Virus record (IMG/VR): IMGVR_UViG_2724679138_000003
From: a virus
Lineage: Duplodnaviria; Heunggongvirae; Uroviricota; Caudoviricetes
Length of the DNA: 36,469 nucleotides
Direction: 5' to 3' (one strand)
Below the pieces are notes generated by a model that saw only the letters and a program-made list of their open reading frames with translations, did not search any database and had not been told where the DNA came from. Positions 1 through 10,147 of the stretch are shown here, one piece after another; positions within the stretch are counted from its first letter, which is position 1, and each line of letters begins with the position of its first letter. The position numbers and the translations under genes are program-made.

Positions 1-387
1 CTAGGAGAAAGTCGAAAAACGGCGGTAGTCCACAACCGACACCGCATACGCGCTGAACCATTCATTCACGCGCACAGACGGCCCCGCCATTACGCTGAAC
101 CAGCGGTTACGAACGGAATCTTCATGCCAGCTGGTATCGCTGTAATGCGTTTTTTGCTCATCTCCAGCGTTGGCATAACTGAATGACGTAATCAGCCCCA
201 GCGTGTCCGTAAACTCATAACGGTATTTCACGTTAATCCCGTTCAGATTATCGCTGCCGGGAGCGTTCGTACGGGCATGAAGATACCCTGCGCTCAGTGT
301 GGCCTGCTGCTCAGACGCCCATGCAGGCGCACCGGATACGGCCAGACAGATGGCTGCGGACAAAATGGCTGCACAAACTTTACGCAT
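1..387 (-). CDS. lom: Lom outer-membrane protein (Ail/Lom family), C-terminally truncated by window edge
   Basis: ORF starts at ATG 387 and begins MRKVCAAILSAAICLAVSGAPAWA (signal peptide), followed by ...LSAGYLHA...GINVKYRYEFTD..., matching lambda Lom as recalled. It lies just past J as in lambda. Confidence 0.85.
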   Translation of the reverse strand: MRKVCAAILSAAICLAVSGAPAWASEQQATLSAGYLHARTNAPGSDNLNGINVKYRYEFTDTLGLITSFSYANAGDEQKTHYSDTSWHEDSVRNRWFSVMAGPSVRVNEWFSAYAVSVVDYRRFSTFS

Positions 388-410
388 AATTACCTCTCGC
401 TTTTCTGCAA

Positions 411-436
411 TAAAAAAGGCGCCATTTCTGGCGCCC
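411..436 (-). terminator. Rho-independent terminator between J and lom
   Basis: Minus-strand reading GGCGCC-agaaat-GGCGCC followed by TTTTTTATT: 6-bp GC stem, 6-nt loop, U-run, 19 nt past the J stop. Confidence 0.6.
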
Positions 437-454
437 GTATATGGGTTATAAAAT

Positions 455-3400
455 TCAGCTGATACTGATGCCTGCGGTGGCTTTCTTCATCACCACAACC
501 AGCAAATCGCTGATACTTGCTGTGGGATACCAGTCATTTACCAGCCATGATGACACCGAAAACTCCAGCGTCATGTGGCCGCGACCAGCTGGCATATCAA
601 TAACACCACTGTAAATCAGCGTATTATCCAGCGCGGTACGGTTATAAATTTCAGCACCGTTTTTCCGTACTATCAGGCGGCATGACGAATAAATATCGTT
701 ATTCTCCCTCTCATGTTTAGCGCCGCTGAATGCCACCGCCGGAATAACAATCTGCCGGTCAAACGGCTGATCGTCATAAACCCTGACGGTGATGGTCCCT
801 GATGGCCACCGTTCCGGTGCACGGGAGTCCCGGGGGAAAGCTTTGCCCACTGTTTTAACGAGATCGCCTTCAATCTGGTTGGCGGACAGTTTTCCCAGAA
901 CCCGACAGTTCTCGTTAATCGTGACGTTGTTGAGCGTCCCGGAGTTCGCATTCACGTTACCGCTGATATCGGCATTTTTCGCCGTCAGCCGCCCGTCCGG
1001 TGTCAGGGAAAATACCGGAGGATTACCGCCGCTGGTAATGGTGGGAGCCGTCAGGCGTTTCAGGAACACGTCGTTCATGAATATCTGATCGCCCTGCCCA
1101 ACAAACATCGGCTTTGTGTTGCCATTCGCAGGATTAATCATCGCAATCCTGTCTGCCGCCAGCAGCACCTGACTCTGCATGCCGTCAGGGGTGTTCTCAA
1201 TACCGGCACCAATACCCGCGATATAAAGGCGTCCGTCCTGCATCTGCTGCAGCTTCACAGCCCACATGCTGTTCAGGTTATTATTTGTATCAACCTGAAC
1301 CTTCTGTATCTGCTGAATTGCCGCACTCTGGTCTTCCAGTTTCTTATTGACGGTCTGCGTGATTTCATTGCTGACATCCGTAATGGACGTCCTGATTTCA
1401 GCCAGGTCAGGCGCAAGCTGACCGTTATCAATCTGCGTCCACAGCTCCTGAGCCAGATGGGTTTTCCCTATCTCGCCTTTGAAAAAATCCAGATAGCCGG
1501 ATGCGTCATCACTCGGCTGACCAACAGCCTCCACGAATGCCGATTTGCCAACGGTGTTCACACTGCGAACGTAAAAATAATAATTATGGCCCGGCCTGAT
1601 ATTGATACTGGCGGCTATCCAGTACAGCGCCGTGCCAAGATAGCGTGCTGTGGTTTCAACCTGCCTGATATCCGCAATCCGCTTTTCCGAGAACCAGAAC
1701 TCAAACTGTACCGTCGGATCATAAACCGCAAGATGCGGCGTGGCGGTTATCTGAAAATAGCCCGGCGTCAGCTCAATCCGCGACGGCGCTGCCGGTGCGG
1801 CAATCCGGAACGATACCGACGCCGGATCGCCCTGCTGCCCCCACGCATTTACTGCCCGGACTGTCAGCCTGTAGTTCCCCAGCGCCAGTTGTGTGAAGCA
1901 GTAAGTGGTTTCCGTCGTCCGGGCCGTGCTGACCAGCCGCTCACTGCCGTCATCCGCTGCCACGGTCAGGCGAAGCAGGAAGCTCACGCCCTTCACCACC
2001 TTCGGCGTGTCCCAGCGCGCCAGCACCTGATATTCCCCGCTGTCTGCGGTGACTTCTGCGGTCAGGTGCTGCACCGCTGGCGGCGTGACACCGTTCACCG
2101 TGCCACTCTGTTCGCCGTCAAAGTGCGCCCCGTTATCCACGATGGCTTCTTTTTCCGGTACATGCTGCACGGCGGTGATGGCATACGTGCCGCCGTCGTT
2201 CTCACGGATACTCACGCAGCGGAACAGGCGCTGGCGCAGCGTCGGCAGCTTCAGCCCCCACACGCTGTATTCAGCAACACCGTCAGGAACACGGCTCACT
2301 TTCACCTTCACGCCGTCGGTGACGGACTGAACCTCCACGCTGACCGGATTGCCACTTCCGTCAACCAGGCTTATCAGCGTGGTACCGGAGGATGGCAGCG
2401 TGATTTCACGGTCGAGCGTCAGCGTCCGGGTCTGGCTGTTTACCGCCAGCACGCGCCCGCCGGTGCTGATACCGGCATAGTCATCATCGCAGATTTCAAT
2501 GACATCGCCCGGTACATGGCGAAGCCCTTCTGCGCCGACGCTGAAATCCACGGTCTGCGTTTCCAGCAGTTCTGTTTTAATCAGCCACAGCCCGGCGCGG
2601 TGCGCCTGCCCCCGGCTGGTACAGCCAAAGGCATCCATCTTCGTGACGTTACGACCGTAACGGGCAATGGCCTGCGTATCTTCAACAAGCTCTGTCGCCG
2701 TCTCCCAGCCGTTGTTCGGGTCAATCCAGTTCACCTCAACGGCATTATGGCGGTCCTTCAGGGCGCTGAAGCTGTAGCGGAACGGCGCGCCATCATCCGG
2801 CATCACCACATTACTGCGGTTATAGGTCCACACCTTATCTGATGGTCGGTCCTGCACGAACGTCAGCGTCTGCCCGTTCCATACCGGCATACAGCGCATC
2901 GCCGAGCAGAAATCACTGAGCACATCCCACGCCTTACGCTGCGTGGTCAGGTAGGCATTACAGGTGATGCGCGGCTCCGTGCCGCCAAAACCGTCCGGCA
3001 CCGACTGGTCGCAGTACTGGCCGATGACATACAGCGCCCATTTATCCACATCTGCCGCACCAAGACGTTTCCCCATGCCGTAGCGCGGATGGGTCAGCAT
3101 ATCCCACAGACACCAGGCCATGTTGTTGCTGTATGCTGGCTTAAACGTTCCGTCCCAGATACCGCTGTATTGCCGCGTCTGCGGGTTATAGTTCGACGGC
3201 ACCTGCAGAATGCGCCCGCGCAGATGATAATTACGGCTCACCTGCTGGCTGCCGAACTGCTCCGAGTCCACCTGCACGCCGACCAGTGCCGTGTTCGGGT
3301 AGCACTGTTTCACATCGATAATTTCGGTGTATGACGACCAGAGCGTTTTGTTCTGCAGCTGGTCTGTGGTGCTGTCCGGCGTCATCCTGCGCATCCGGAT

Positions 3401-3934
3401 ATTAAACGGGCGCGGCGGCAGGTTATCCACCACCACCGAGGCCAGATACTGTGAAGTGGTTTTGCCCTTAATGGTGATGTCTTTTTCTGTCACCCAGCCA
3501 CCGTTACGTTGTATCTGAACCAGCAGGCGGACTTCCGACGGATTCCTGTCCCCCTTTGAGGTGGTTTCCACCAGTGCCTGCACACCGAAGGTAAAGCGCA
3601 GACGGTCGATATTTGCAGACGTGATGGTCCGGGTGATCGGCGTGTCATATTTCACTTCCGTACCCAGCACCGTCTCGGAGCCGGAGGATTCAAATCCCTC
3701 CGGCGGAGTCTGCTCCTGCTCACCTGCCCGGAACACCACCGTGACACCGGAGATGTTGGTATTCCCCTCAGTGTCCAGCACCGGCGTACTGTTCAGCAGC
3801 ACGCTTTTTAATCCATCCACCGGACCTTCAATCGGCCCTTCACTGATGGCATCAATCACACTCAGCAACTGCGTGGATTTCAGGTTGTCCTTCGCTTCGC
3901 GCGGGGTATGCCCCTTACTGCTGCCTTTACCCAT
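455..3934 (-). CDS. J: Tail tip / host-specificity protein J
   Basis: 1159-aa ORF. N-terminus [58 protein letters not shown]... matches lambda J as recalled; fibronectin-like central region; position after I. Confidence 0.92.
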   Translation of the reverse strand: MGKGSSKGHTPREAKDNLKSTQLLSVIDAISEGPIEGPVDGLKSVLLNSTPVLDTEGNTNISGVTVVFRAGEQEQTPPEGFESSGSETVLGTEVKYDTPITRTITSANIDRLRFTFGVQALVETTSKGDRNPSEVRLLVQIQRNGGWVTEKDITIKGKTTSQYLASVVVDNLPPRPFNIRMRRMTPDSTTDQLQNKTLWSSYTEIIDVKQCYPNTALVGVQVDSEQFGSQQVSRNYHLRGRILQVPSNYNPQTRQYSGIWDGTFKPAYSNNMAWCLWDMLTHPRYGMGKRLGAADVDKWALYVIGQYCDQSVPDGFGGTEPRITCNAYLTTQRKAWDVLSDFCSAMRCMPVWNGQTLTFVQDRPSDKVWTYNRSNVVMPDDGAPFRYSFSALKDRHNAVEVNWIDPNNGWETATELVEDTQAIARYGRNVTKMDAFGCTSRGQAHRAGLWLIKTELLETQTVDFSVGAEGLRHVPGDVIEICDDDYAGISTGGRVLAVNSQTRTLTLDREITLPSSGTTLISLVDGSGNPVSVEVQSVTDGVKVKVSRVPDGVAEYSVWGLKLPTLRQRLFRCVSIRENDGGTYAITAVQHVPEKEAIVDNGAHFDGEQSGTVNGVTPPAVQHLTAEVTADSGEYQVLARWDTPKVVKGVSFLLRLTVAADDGSERLVSTARTTETTYCFTQLALGNYRLTVRAVNAWGQQGDPASVSFRIAAPAAPSRIELTPGYFQITATPHLAVYDPTVQFEFWFSEKRIADIRQVETTARYLGTALYWIAASINIRPGHNYYFYVRSVNTVGKSAFVEAVGQPSDDASGYLDFFKGEIGKTHLAQELWTQIDNGQLAPDLAEIRTSITDVSNEITQTVNKKLEDQSAAIQQIQKVQVDTNNNLNSMWAVKLQQMQDGRLYIAGIGAGIENTPDGMQSQVLLAADRIAMINPANGNTKPMFVGQGDQIFMNDVFLKRLTAPTITSGGNPPVFSLTPDGRLTAKNADISGNVNANSGTLNNVTINENCRVLGKLSANQIEGDLVKTVGKAFPRDSRAPERWPSGTITVRVYDDQPFDRQIVIPAVAFSGAKHERENNDIYSSCRLIVRKNGAEIYNRTALDNTLIYSGVIDMPAGRGHMTLEFSVSSWLVNDWYPTASISDLLVVVMKKATAGISIS

Positions 3935-3994
3935 TCGTCATGCTCCATAAACGACAAAACCGCCCGGAGGCGGTTTCACATAAAACATTTTGCA

Positions 3995-4642
3995 TCAGCG
4001 ACCAATCACCACAACCTGACCACCGTCCCCTTCGTCTGCCGTGCTGATCTCCTGAGAAACCACCCGCGACCCCACACGCATTTCACCGTACAGAACAGGC
4101 AAAACATTGCCCTGAGCAACCATGTTATCCAGTGAGGAAAAATAGGTGTTCTGTTTGCCGTTATCTGTACTGGCTGCCGTGGACGTCCTGGCTTTCGGTG
4201 CCAGCATCTGCGCCACACCGCCCAGGATCATACTGGCCCCTGCCGCATACATGCCCGATACAGCCGCGGCACCCAGCCAGCCCACAGGGTTCCACCATGC
4301 CACCGCAATCAACGCCGCCCCCAGCACCACCTGAAACACACCGCCACTTTTAGCTCCCGCCAGACGCGGCACGATATGGATCACGGCACCATTTGCCAGC
4401 GGCTCATTAAGACGGGCAGATAATTCGGTTTCACCTGCATCACGCCCGGCAATGCGCACCTGATACCAGCCGTCATTCAGTTTCTGACGAAACGCCGGGA
4501 GCTGTGTGGCCAGCGCCCGGATGGCTTCGGCCCCCGTTTTCACACGAAGGTCGATGCGGCGGCCAAATCGTTGCAAATCCCCGTAAAGGCAGATGCGTGC
4601 CATGCCCGGTGACGCCAGAGGGAGTGTGTGCGTCGCTGCCAT
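3995..4642 (-). CDS. I: Tail assembly protein I
   Basis: 215 aa, MAATHTLPLASPGMARICLYGDLQRFGRRIDLRVKTGAEAIRALATQLPAF... matches lambda I as recalled; overlaps the 3' end of K as in lambda. Confidence 0.88.
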   Translation of the reverse strand: MAATHTLPLASPGMARICLYGDLQRFGRRIDLRVKTGAEAIRALATQLPAFRQKLNDGWYQVRIAGRDAGETELSARLNEPLANGAVIHIVPRLAGAKSGGVFQVVLGAALIAVAWWNPVGWLGAAAVSGMYAAGASMILGGVAQMLAPKARTSTAASTDNGKQNTYFSSLDNMVAQGNVLPVLYGEMRVGSRVVSQEISTADEGDGGQVVVIGR

Positions 4643-5283
4643 TTGTCGGTATACCTCTCTCGTTTGCTCAGTTGTTCAGGAATATGGTGCAGCAGCTCGC
4701 CGTCGCCGCAGTAAATAGCGGCATGATTCGGCACCGATGAACCAAAACAGCACAGCAGCACATCGCCCGGCTGCGCCGCTGACAACGGCACCTGATACAG
4801 CCCTGTGGCCTCCAGATTATCCAGATAGAGATTCTGACCGTTACGCCACCAGTCATCCCCGCGATGAAAATCCGGCATCTCAATCCCCGCCAGATGGTAA
4901 GCATCCCGGAACAGCGTGTAACAGTCCGTCACCCCGTGCTCAAAGCGCCGCCCGGTGAGATGCGGCACACAGCGGAATTTATGAATCTCACCCCGGCAGA
5001 CCAGCCACCACGGCAAATCACTCTGCACCTGCAGCCGCCGGTCAGCCTCACTCAGCCAGGGCAGACCACCGGGGTGGCTGTGGACCAGCGCCACAATCTC
5101 ACCCTGCATTTCTGCCCGCAGCCAGTCTTCCGGCGACATACGGAAATACGCCTCCGGCTCACCGGAGATATTCACGCAGGGGAAATATCTTTCCCCCTCC
5201 GGCGTGCTTACCACGAAGCCGCACGACTCCGCTGGCGCACATCGCCGGGCGTGCGCCAGAATCGCTGATTCTGTCTGTGTCAT
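4540..5283 (-). CDS. K: Tail assembly protein K (JAB/MPN plus NlpC/P60 domains)
   Basis: 247 aa, MTQTESAILAHARRCAPAESCGFVVSTPEGERYFPCVNISGEPE...; HSHPGG JAMM-like motif; lambda K-like. Confidence 0.88.
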   Translation of the reverse strand: MTQTESAILAHARRCAPAESCGFVVSTPEGERYFPCVNISGEPEAYFRMSPEDWLRAEMQGEIVALVHSHPGGLPWLSEADRRLQVQSDLPWWLVCRGEIHKFRCVPHLTGRRFEHGVTDCYTLFRDAYHLAGIEMPDFHRGDDWWRNGQNLYLDNLEATGLYQVPLSAAQPGDVLLCCFGSSVPNHAAIYCGDGELLHHIPEQLSKRERYTDKWQRRTHSLWRHRAWHASAFTGICNDLAAASTFV

Positions 5284-5288
5284 GGGAT

Positions 5289-5987
5289 TTACTGCGAAAG
5301 TTTGTTAATGGAAAGGAAGCCGCCAAAGTTGCCGACATTATTGCGAAACTTACAGCCACTCAGGCATTTGCTGCATTTATCCTTCGTGATATCGGACGTC
5401 GGCTGGTCATATTCATCCGCGACCGCCGGACCGTTATAACCGCACTCATCACCGCGATAGGTCCAGGTGCAGGTATTAGCCAGCATGATGCGCCCCGGAA
5501 AAACGGCACCATCCGTTTCAGTCGGCGTGGACAGTACAAAGGAGGCACTGACCGCGCTCAATTCGCTGCACTGCTCGATGCGCCAGCGGCTAATCACCTC
5601 CTGCTCCGGATCGGCGTCGCTGTTTCCGTTGACGAAGTTCACCGCATCCAGAAAACGGGCGTAAACCTTACGCCGGACCACCGTTCCGCCGACCAGACTC
5701 TGCAGATCTTCCGCCATCCCGGTGACCATACCGTGCAGGTTAGAAACCGTCAGTGTCGGACGGGCAGCACTGCCCTTGCCGTTCAGTTCAAATCCTGTCC
5801 CCTGAATGGGGTATGCCTGATACTGCCGCCCCTGCCAGGTAACCGGCTCACCTTTTTCGTTCTGCTCATTACAGAAAAAATAACGTTCACCACCGACCTC
5901 TGTCAGATCGATTTCCCAGAGCACCACCTGGGCTGACTGAGTGAGGCGTGTCGTCTCATGATGTGTTTCCTGTGGAATATCCTGCAT
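5289..5987 (-). CDS. L: Minor tail protein L
   Basis: 232 aa, ...VVLWEIDLTEVGGERYFFCNEQNEKGEPVTWQGRQYQ... lambda L-like; C-terminal Cys cluster CSKCLSGCKF. Confidence 0.88.
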   Translation of the reverse strand: MQDIPQETHHETTRLTQSAQVVLWEIDLTEVGGERYFFCNEQNEKGEPVTWQGRQYQAYPIQGTGFELNGKGSAARPTLTVSNLHGMVTGMAEDLQSLVGGTVVRRKVYARFLDAVNFVNGNSDADPEQEVISRWRIEQCSELSAVSASFVLSTPTETDGAVFPGRIMLANTCTWTYRGDECGYNGPAVADEYDQPTSDITKDKCSKCLSGCKFRNNVGNFGGFLSINKLSQ

Positions 5988-5996
5988 CAGAGCCTC

Positions 5997-6326
5997 CTAT
6001 GCCACGACCTGTTCAAAATCTGCCGTTATGGTTACCCACAGCGCCCCCACGCTTGCCGACCATTTACGACAAACCACCCTGATCGGTTTCCAGTCATAAG
6101 GTGGCGTCCACTGAAATGCACGGACGCCACCGTGCCGTTCCAGAAAGGCTTTTAAAGATGGGTGTTCACATTTACGAACACGTATCGTCACGCTGTAAGT
6201 CGACAACTGGTTATTCAGTCCCGCCGCACGACGCTGTTCATAACCATCGCCCAGCTTCACTGTCACCACTTTCGGCTCTGATACCACATTCATATCCGGG
6301 CGCACTTTCCAGTGAAACGTCTCCAT
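5997..6326 (-). CDS. M: Minor tail protein M
   Basis: 109 aa lambda M-like (..KVRPDMNVVSEPKVVTVKLGDGYEQRRAAGLN..); start codon shares a base with the H stop. Confidence 0.85.
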   Translation of the reverse strand: METFHWKVRPDMNVVSEPKVVTVKLGDGYEQRRAAGLNNQLSTYSVTIRVRKCEHPSLKAFLERHGGVRAFQWTPPYDWKPIRVVCRKWSASVGALWVTITADFEQVVA

Positions 6327-9300
6327 TACCGATATGCTCCACTTAACCGACCACCATCACGGGCCTGCTGTTGCATAAAGTCCGCTGCCGCTTTTTTCCC
6401 GAGGTCATAAACCGCCTTCAGGGCAGCCGGACCTATCTGCCCGTTCGTGCCATCGTTATTGATCTCGATGTTGTACTGCGGGGAAAACATCGCCATACCT
6501 GAACCCCCAATATCCGCCACAACCCCCAGCTTACCGTCAGCACCACGACGCAATGGCAGAATGGCTTCAGGTCCCGCTTCCCCCATCACACCCGCGCCTT
6601 TTGCAAAAGCAAAAAACGTCGGACGGTTAACCACCGTGCCACTGTAACGACTCAAATCAGCAGACTGATAAATCCCCCCATTGGCATTCAGGGAAAGGCT
6701 GCTGAGATCAAATCCCAGTACACTGCCAATCCCTTTTATCGATTTCATCATGGTTGCCTGCGCCAGGATTTTCGCCATATCTGACAGCACAGAAGAGGTG
6801 AAGGATTTGAAATTGAGTTTGCCGGTAGTGACAAAAGTTGCCAGGCCATTTCCCATGTTGCTGAAGGCTGACGAGAACACCTGTTCTGCTGTTTCTGCCG
6901 TATTATCTGCATCCACGGTAAAATCCTGAAATGCACGCAGGACTCCGTTTTTCCAGTTACCCTGCACAACTTCAAGCTGTTGCCAGTAACGGCGATTCTC
7001 ATTCAGTTGTCGGTTCAGGCTCTCCGTCAGCGCCTGCTCGGCCTTTCTGTAGTCATCCGTGTTATATGTCCCTTTCTGCTCACTATCCCGCCTCAACTGC
7101 TCCAGCTGTTGCTGGTATTTCTGGCGAAGACTCAGTTGTACCTGATATCGCTGTCGCTGCTGATCACCCATACCCACCGTGGCGATATCCAGGTCATGTT
7201 GCTGACGCTGAGCGCGCTCTTCTTCAGCCAGTTGACTGGTCAGCTGAATTGTTTTTTTCTTCAGCTCGTTGAGTGCCGTCTGTTTCTGAAGCTCCTGCTG
7301 TTTTACATCCAGCAGCGTCAGTGCCTGAATCAGTTCATCTTTACGGGCCAGCACACTCTTTTCATCTGCCGTCAGTTTTTTCCCGTCCAGGTCGCTGATG
7401 CGCTGCTGCAGAGCCAGAAGCTGTTTATGCGCTTCTGTCATCCTTTCCGTGGCAATGCCTGCTGACTGTCTGGCAGCAGCAATCTGTCCTTCCACCTGTG
7501 CCTGTTGCTGACTGTACTGCAGCAATAACCGGGTGGCCTCATCATTACGGGTTTCGCGTGTTTTTTTCTTACCGGATGCCAGGGCTTTCTCGTAACGTTC
7601 ATTTTCACGTTGTATCGCCGCATCCCTGACAGCCTGATCGGCGTACTGCATGGCATTAATACGCGCAATTTCACGCTGATGTCGTGCAGCTTCCGTTTCA
7701 TTCATCCGGTTCAGTGCAGCATTTTCAGCATTACGGCGTTTCTGTTGCTCCTGATAATTCCGCTCTGCCTGCTCTTTTGCATCCTGCAAATCCTTCTGGC
7801 GTTTTTTCTCCTGAAGATCGTTAAGACGCTGCTGATCGTATTCAACCTGAGAAGATGATGCCGTCCAGGGGAGTCTTTTCGCCCGCGACACTTTCTCCTG
7901 TAAAGCGGCAATCTGTTCATCCAGCGAGTCTTCACGACCAATATTCATGGCCGCATCCCAGAAACGACTCCATAAATCAGACAGATACTTCAGCGTACTG
8001 CCCAGCGCATTGAGGTTATTATCAATATCCGCAGTACGCCGACCGGTTTCCTCTGCCAGTGCAGACATGGCTATCCGTGCAGCATCACTGGACCGCCCCT
8101 GATCCCCAAGGACGCGTATCTGCTCAAGCTGAGTGGCAGTAAGAAAATGCAGCTCATTGTCCAGAGCCTTCGCGGCATTTACAGGATCATCCTTCAGCCG
8201 CTTAAACTGATTTATGGTATCGCTGACCGACTGGCCAACCGATCGCTCCATCTGTGCGGCAGCTCTCGCCACCATACCGATATCGTTTCCACGAAATGCA
8301 CCACTCCCCACCACCTGAGCCAGCGCACCGGCTGCAGCATGTTGCGTAATACCATTCCCGGAAATAGCACGACTGAGCGTCCACAGCTGCCCGGCAGTGA
8401 CTCCGGCATAATGCCCCGTCAGCGACAACTGGCGGTTAAATTCTTCCCCCTCCTTCTGACCATCATACCAGGCTTTACCCAGACCATAGACGGCCGCGGC
8501 AATACCGCCAATAACCCCGCCCAGCATCATGCCTTTCGGTGACATCAGTGTGTCTATCCATCCGGCACGGTTAGCCAGCGTTATCCCGGATCCCCTCAGC
8601 GCACCTAAATTGCCGCGGGCCAGTTCACCTATCAGAACGCCTATCTCCTGGCGGGCCGCTGCACTTTTCAGACCCAGCGAATGCGTGGCTTTTCCTGCCT
8701 GCTCCATTTTGCGGATATACACTTCTGCAGCACTGCTTACCCCCAGCTGGGCAGCCTTAGCACGAAGCAACTCAGAAGAAGAAAGATTCTGGCGGGTTGC
8801 CTGCTCTTTAAGCTGACGGATAAACGCCACTTTCTGTCGGGTAGCCTCTTCCTCAGCCTGCGTAAGAACACGGGTTTTCGCCGTAACCTCAGAAATCAGC
8901 GCCAGATAATCCTGCTGACCAATCCCGCCACTGTTTCTGGCCTGTCGGATCTGCTGCTGAATACGCTGTAATTCCTGCAGCCCCGCACTGGCCTGTTTCA
9001 CACTGTCAATCTGACGATAAAACGCGGCAGCCGCTTTATCCTGAGCCTCCGCCAGAGCCATGGCCTGCGCCTGTTCCTCGCGCATTTTCTGGCTCAGTGC
9101 CTCCATACGCTGGCGGGTTTGCTCCACCTCGCGGGCCATGCGTTCATGAGCCTGTGCGCTCTTCTCCACCGTCTGCGCATGGACGGATGCGGCTGTTGCA
9201 GCCGAAGAAGCCGCCTGCATTGTCTGCCGGGCGGCCTGAGTCTGACGCTCCATAAAACGCTGCATACGGGCAGAAGACCGTTCTGCATCGCTGGCTGCAC

Positions 9301-9391
9301 CATTCAGAAGGTTTTTGATACGGGGAATTTCATTTTTAAACTCTGCCGCATCAATCCCCAAATCAATGACCAGGTTGGCTATCTGGTCCAT
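6326..9391 (-). CDS. H: Tail tape measure protein H
   Basis: First ATG at 9391, preceded by GGAGG. N-terminus MDQIANLVIDLGIDAAEFKN and C-terminus INNDGTNGQIGPAALKAVYD... resemble lambda H as recalled; long Q/R/E-rich coiled-coil centre; about 1021 aa. Confidence 0.85.
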   Translation of the reverse strand: MDQIANLVIDLGIDAAEFKNEIPRIKNLLNGAASDAERSSARMQRFMERQTQAARQTMQAASSAATAASVHAQTVEKSAQAHERMAREVEQTRQRMEALSQKMREEQAQAMALAEAQDKAAAAFYRQIDSVKQASAGLQELQRIQQQIRQARNSGGIGQQDYLALISEVTAKTRVLTQAEEEATRQKVAFIRQLKEQATRQNLSSSELLRAKAAQLGVSSAAEVYIRKMEQAGKATHSLGLKSAAARQEIGVLIGELARGNLGALRGSGITLANRAGWIDTLMSPKGMMLGGVIGGIAAAVYGLGKAWYDGQKEGEEFNRQLSLTGHYAGVTAGQLWTLSRAISGNGITQHAAAGALAQVVGSGAFRGNDIGMVARAAAQMERSVGQSVSDTINQFKRLKDDPVNAAKALDNELHFLTATQLEQIRVLGDQGRSSDAARIAMSALAEETGRRTADIDNNLNALGSTLKYLSDLWSRFWDAAMNIGREDSLDEQIAALQEKVSRAKRLPWTASSSQVEYDQQRLNDLQEKKRQKDLQDAKEQAERNYQEQQKRRNAENAALNRMNETEAARHQREIARINAMQYADQAVRDAAIQRENERYEKALASGKKKTRETRNDEATRLLLQYSQQQAQVEGQIAAARQSAGIATERMTEAHKQLLALQQRISDLDGKKLTADEKSVLARKDELIQALTLLDVKQQELQKQTALNELKKKTIQLTSQLAEEERAQRQQHDLDIATVGMGDQQRQRYQVQLSLRQKYQQQLEQLRRDSEQKGTYNTDDYRKAEQALTESLNRQLNENRRYWQQLEVVQGNWKNGVLRAFQDFTVDADNTAETAEQVFSSAFSNMGNGLATFVTTGKLNFKSFTSSVLSDMAKILAQATMMKSIKGIGSVLGFDLSSLSLNANGGIYQSADLSRYSGTVVNRPTFFAFAKGAGVMGEAGPEAILPLRRGADGKLGVVADIGGSGMAMFSPQYNIEINNDGTNGQIGPAALKAVYDLGKKAAADFMQQQARDGGRLSGAYR

Positions 9392-9725
9392 AACGCACAC
9401 CTCCGGAAATACCTTCCCCAAGATGCATCAGTTCTTCGTCCGTTCGCTCCGGTATCCCGTTCTCTTCCGGTAAAAGGCTGAAATCAGCCACCGCAGCATC
9501 ACTGCTACCGGACACCATTCTCACGATCAATGCCTTCAGCGAGGCAAACTGCGCATCCATCCACACATCACTGAAGCTCTGCATCCGGAAATAATCGCCC
9601 CACTCACCAAGCTCAGTGGCCGACATTTCCGACAGCATCCGCCGCCAGTCTGCCCGCCGGAACTCCCGGGCAAGCCGCATGACAAACTGCATTTCCCGCG
9701 TCAGGACTTTTCCGGCGTCAGCACC
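9363..9725 (-). CDS. T: Tail assembly chaperone GT, T segment reached by -1 frameshift from G
   Basis: ORF 9363-9692 sits in the -1 frame relative to G. The -1 frame is open upstream to a TGA at 9726-9728, giving a 25-nt overlap with the G 3' end that contains CCGGAAAAG. Confidence 0.7.
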   Translation of the reverse strand, partial: GADAGKVLTREMQFVMRLAREFRRADWRRMLSEMSATELGEWGDYFRMQSFSDVWMDAQFASLKALIVRMVSGSSDAAVADFSLLPEENGIPERTDEELMHLGEGISGGVRYGPDSQPGH

Positions 9726-10087
9726 TCATGCTCCAAATCCCCGGCATTCTCAATGACTCCCATACCGCTCAGCGACAGAACCATCTCCGCCCCCGCTCCC
9801 AGGGCATCATACGACCATGTTGTAATAACGGATGCGCAAAGCGTCTCAACATCCTGAGACTGTTCCGCATTCCACAGTGAGCGGGAAACCAGCCAGGCAT
9901 TGATATCCATCCCCATCCGCAGAAAAGCAATCTGTCGTTCAGCCTCCGGCAGTTCTCCCTCTTCGGCATCAAACTTTGCCGTTCGCTGCTGAACAAACGC
10001 CAGATATTCAATTCTCTGCAGCCCGGACAGCTCACTGAGCACCACGGACTGCTTTTCATAATTAAACGTGCCCTGTTTCAGAAACAT
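9701..10087 (-). CDS. G: Tail assembly chaperone G
   Basis: Start MFLKQGTFNYEKQ... at ATG 10087 with GGAG 6 nt upstream; ends ...LTPEKS; lambda G-like position between V and T/H. Confidence 0.8.
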   Translation of the reverse strand: MFLKQGTFNYEKQSVVLSELSGLQRIEYLAFVQQRTAKFDAEEGELPEAERQIAFLRMGMDINAWLVSRSLWNAEQSQDVETLCASVITTWSYDALGAGAEMVLSLSGMGVIENAGDLEHEVLTPEKS

Positions 10088-10103
10088 CATGTTCTCCACC
10101 TGC

Positions 10104-10127
10104 AAAAAAGCCCCGGATAACCGGGGC
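10104..10127 (-). terminator. Hairpin plus U-run between V and G (attenuator/terminator)
   Basis: Minus-strand GCCCCGG-ttat-CCGGGGC followed by TTTTTT, immediately after the V stop and before the G SD. Confidence 0.55.
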
Positions 10128-10147
10128 AAATGATGAGTATCGTCCTG

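Noticed and set aside
1457-2842. 461-codon plus-strand ORF
   Set aside because: Lies entirely antisense within the J gene, whose identity is secure; Arg/Pro/Cys-rich composition typical of a GC-rich antisense frame.
6447-8971. Several plus-strand ORFs of 60-160 codons (for example 6980-7465, 8147-8542)
   Set aside because: All are antisense within the tape measure gene; low-complexity Leu/Ser/Arg-rich translations; no SD context.
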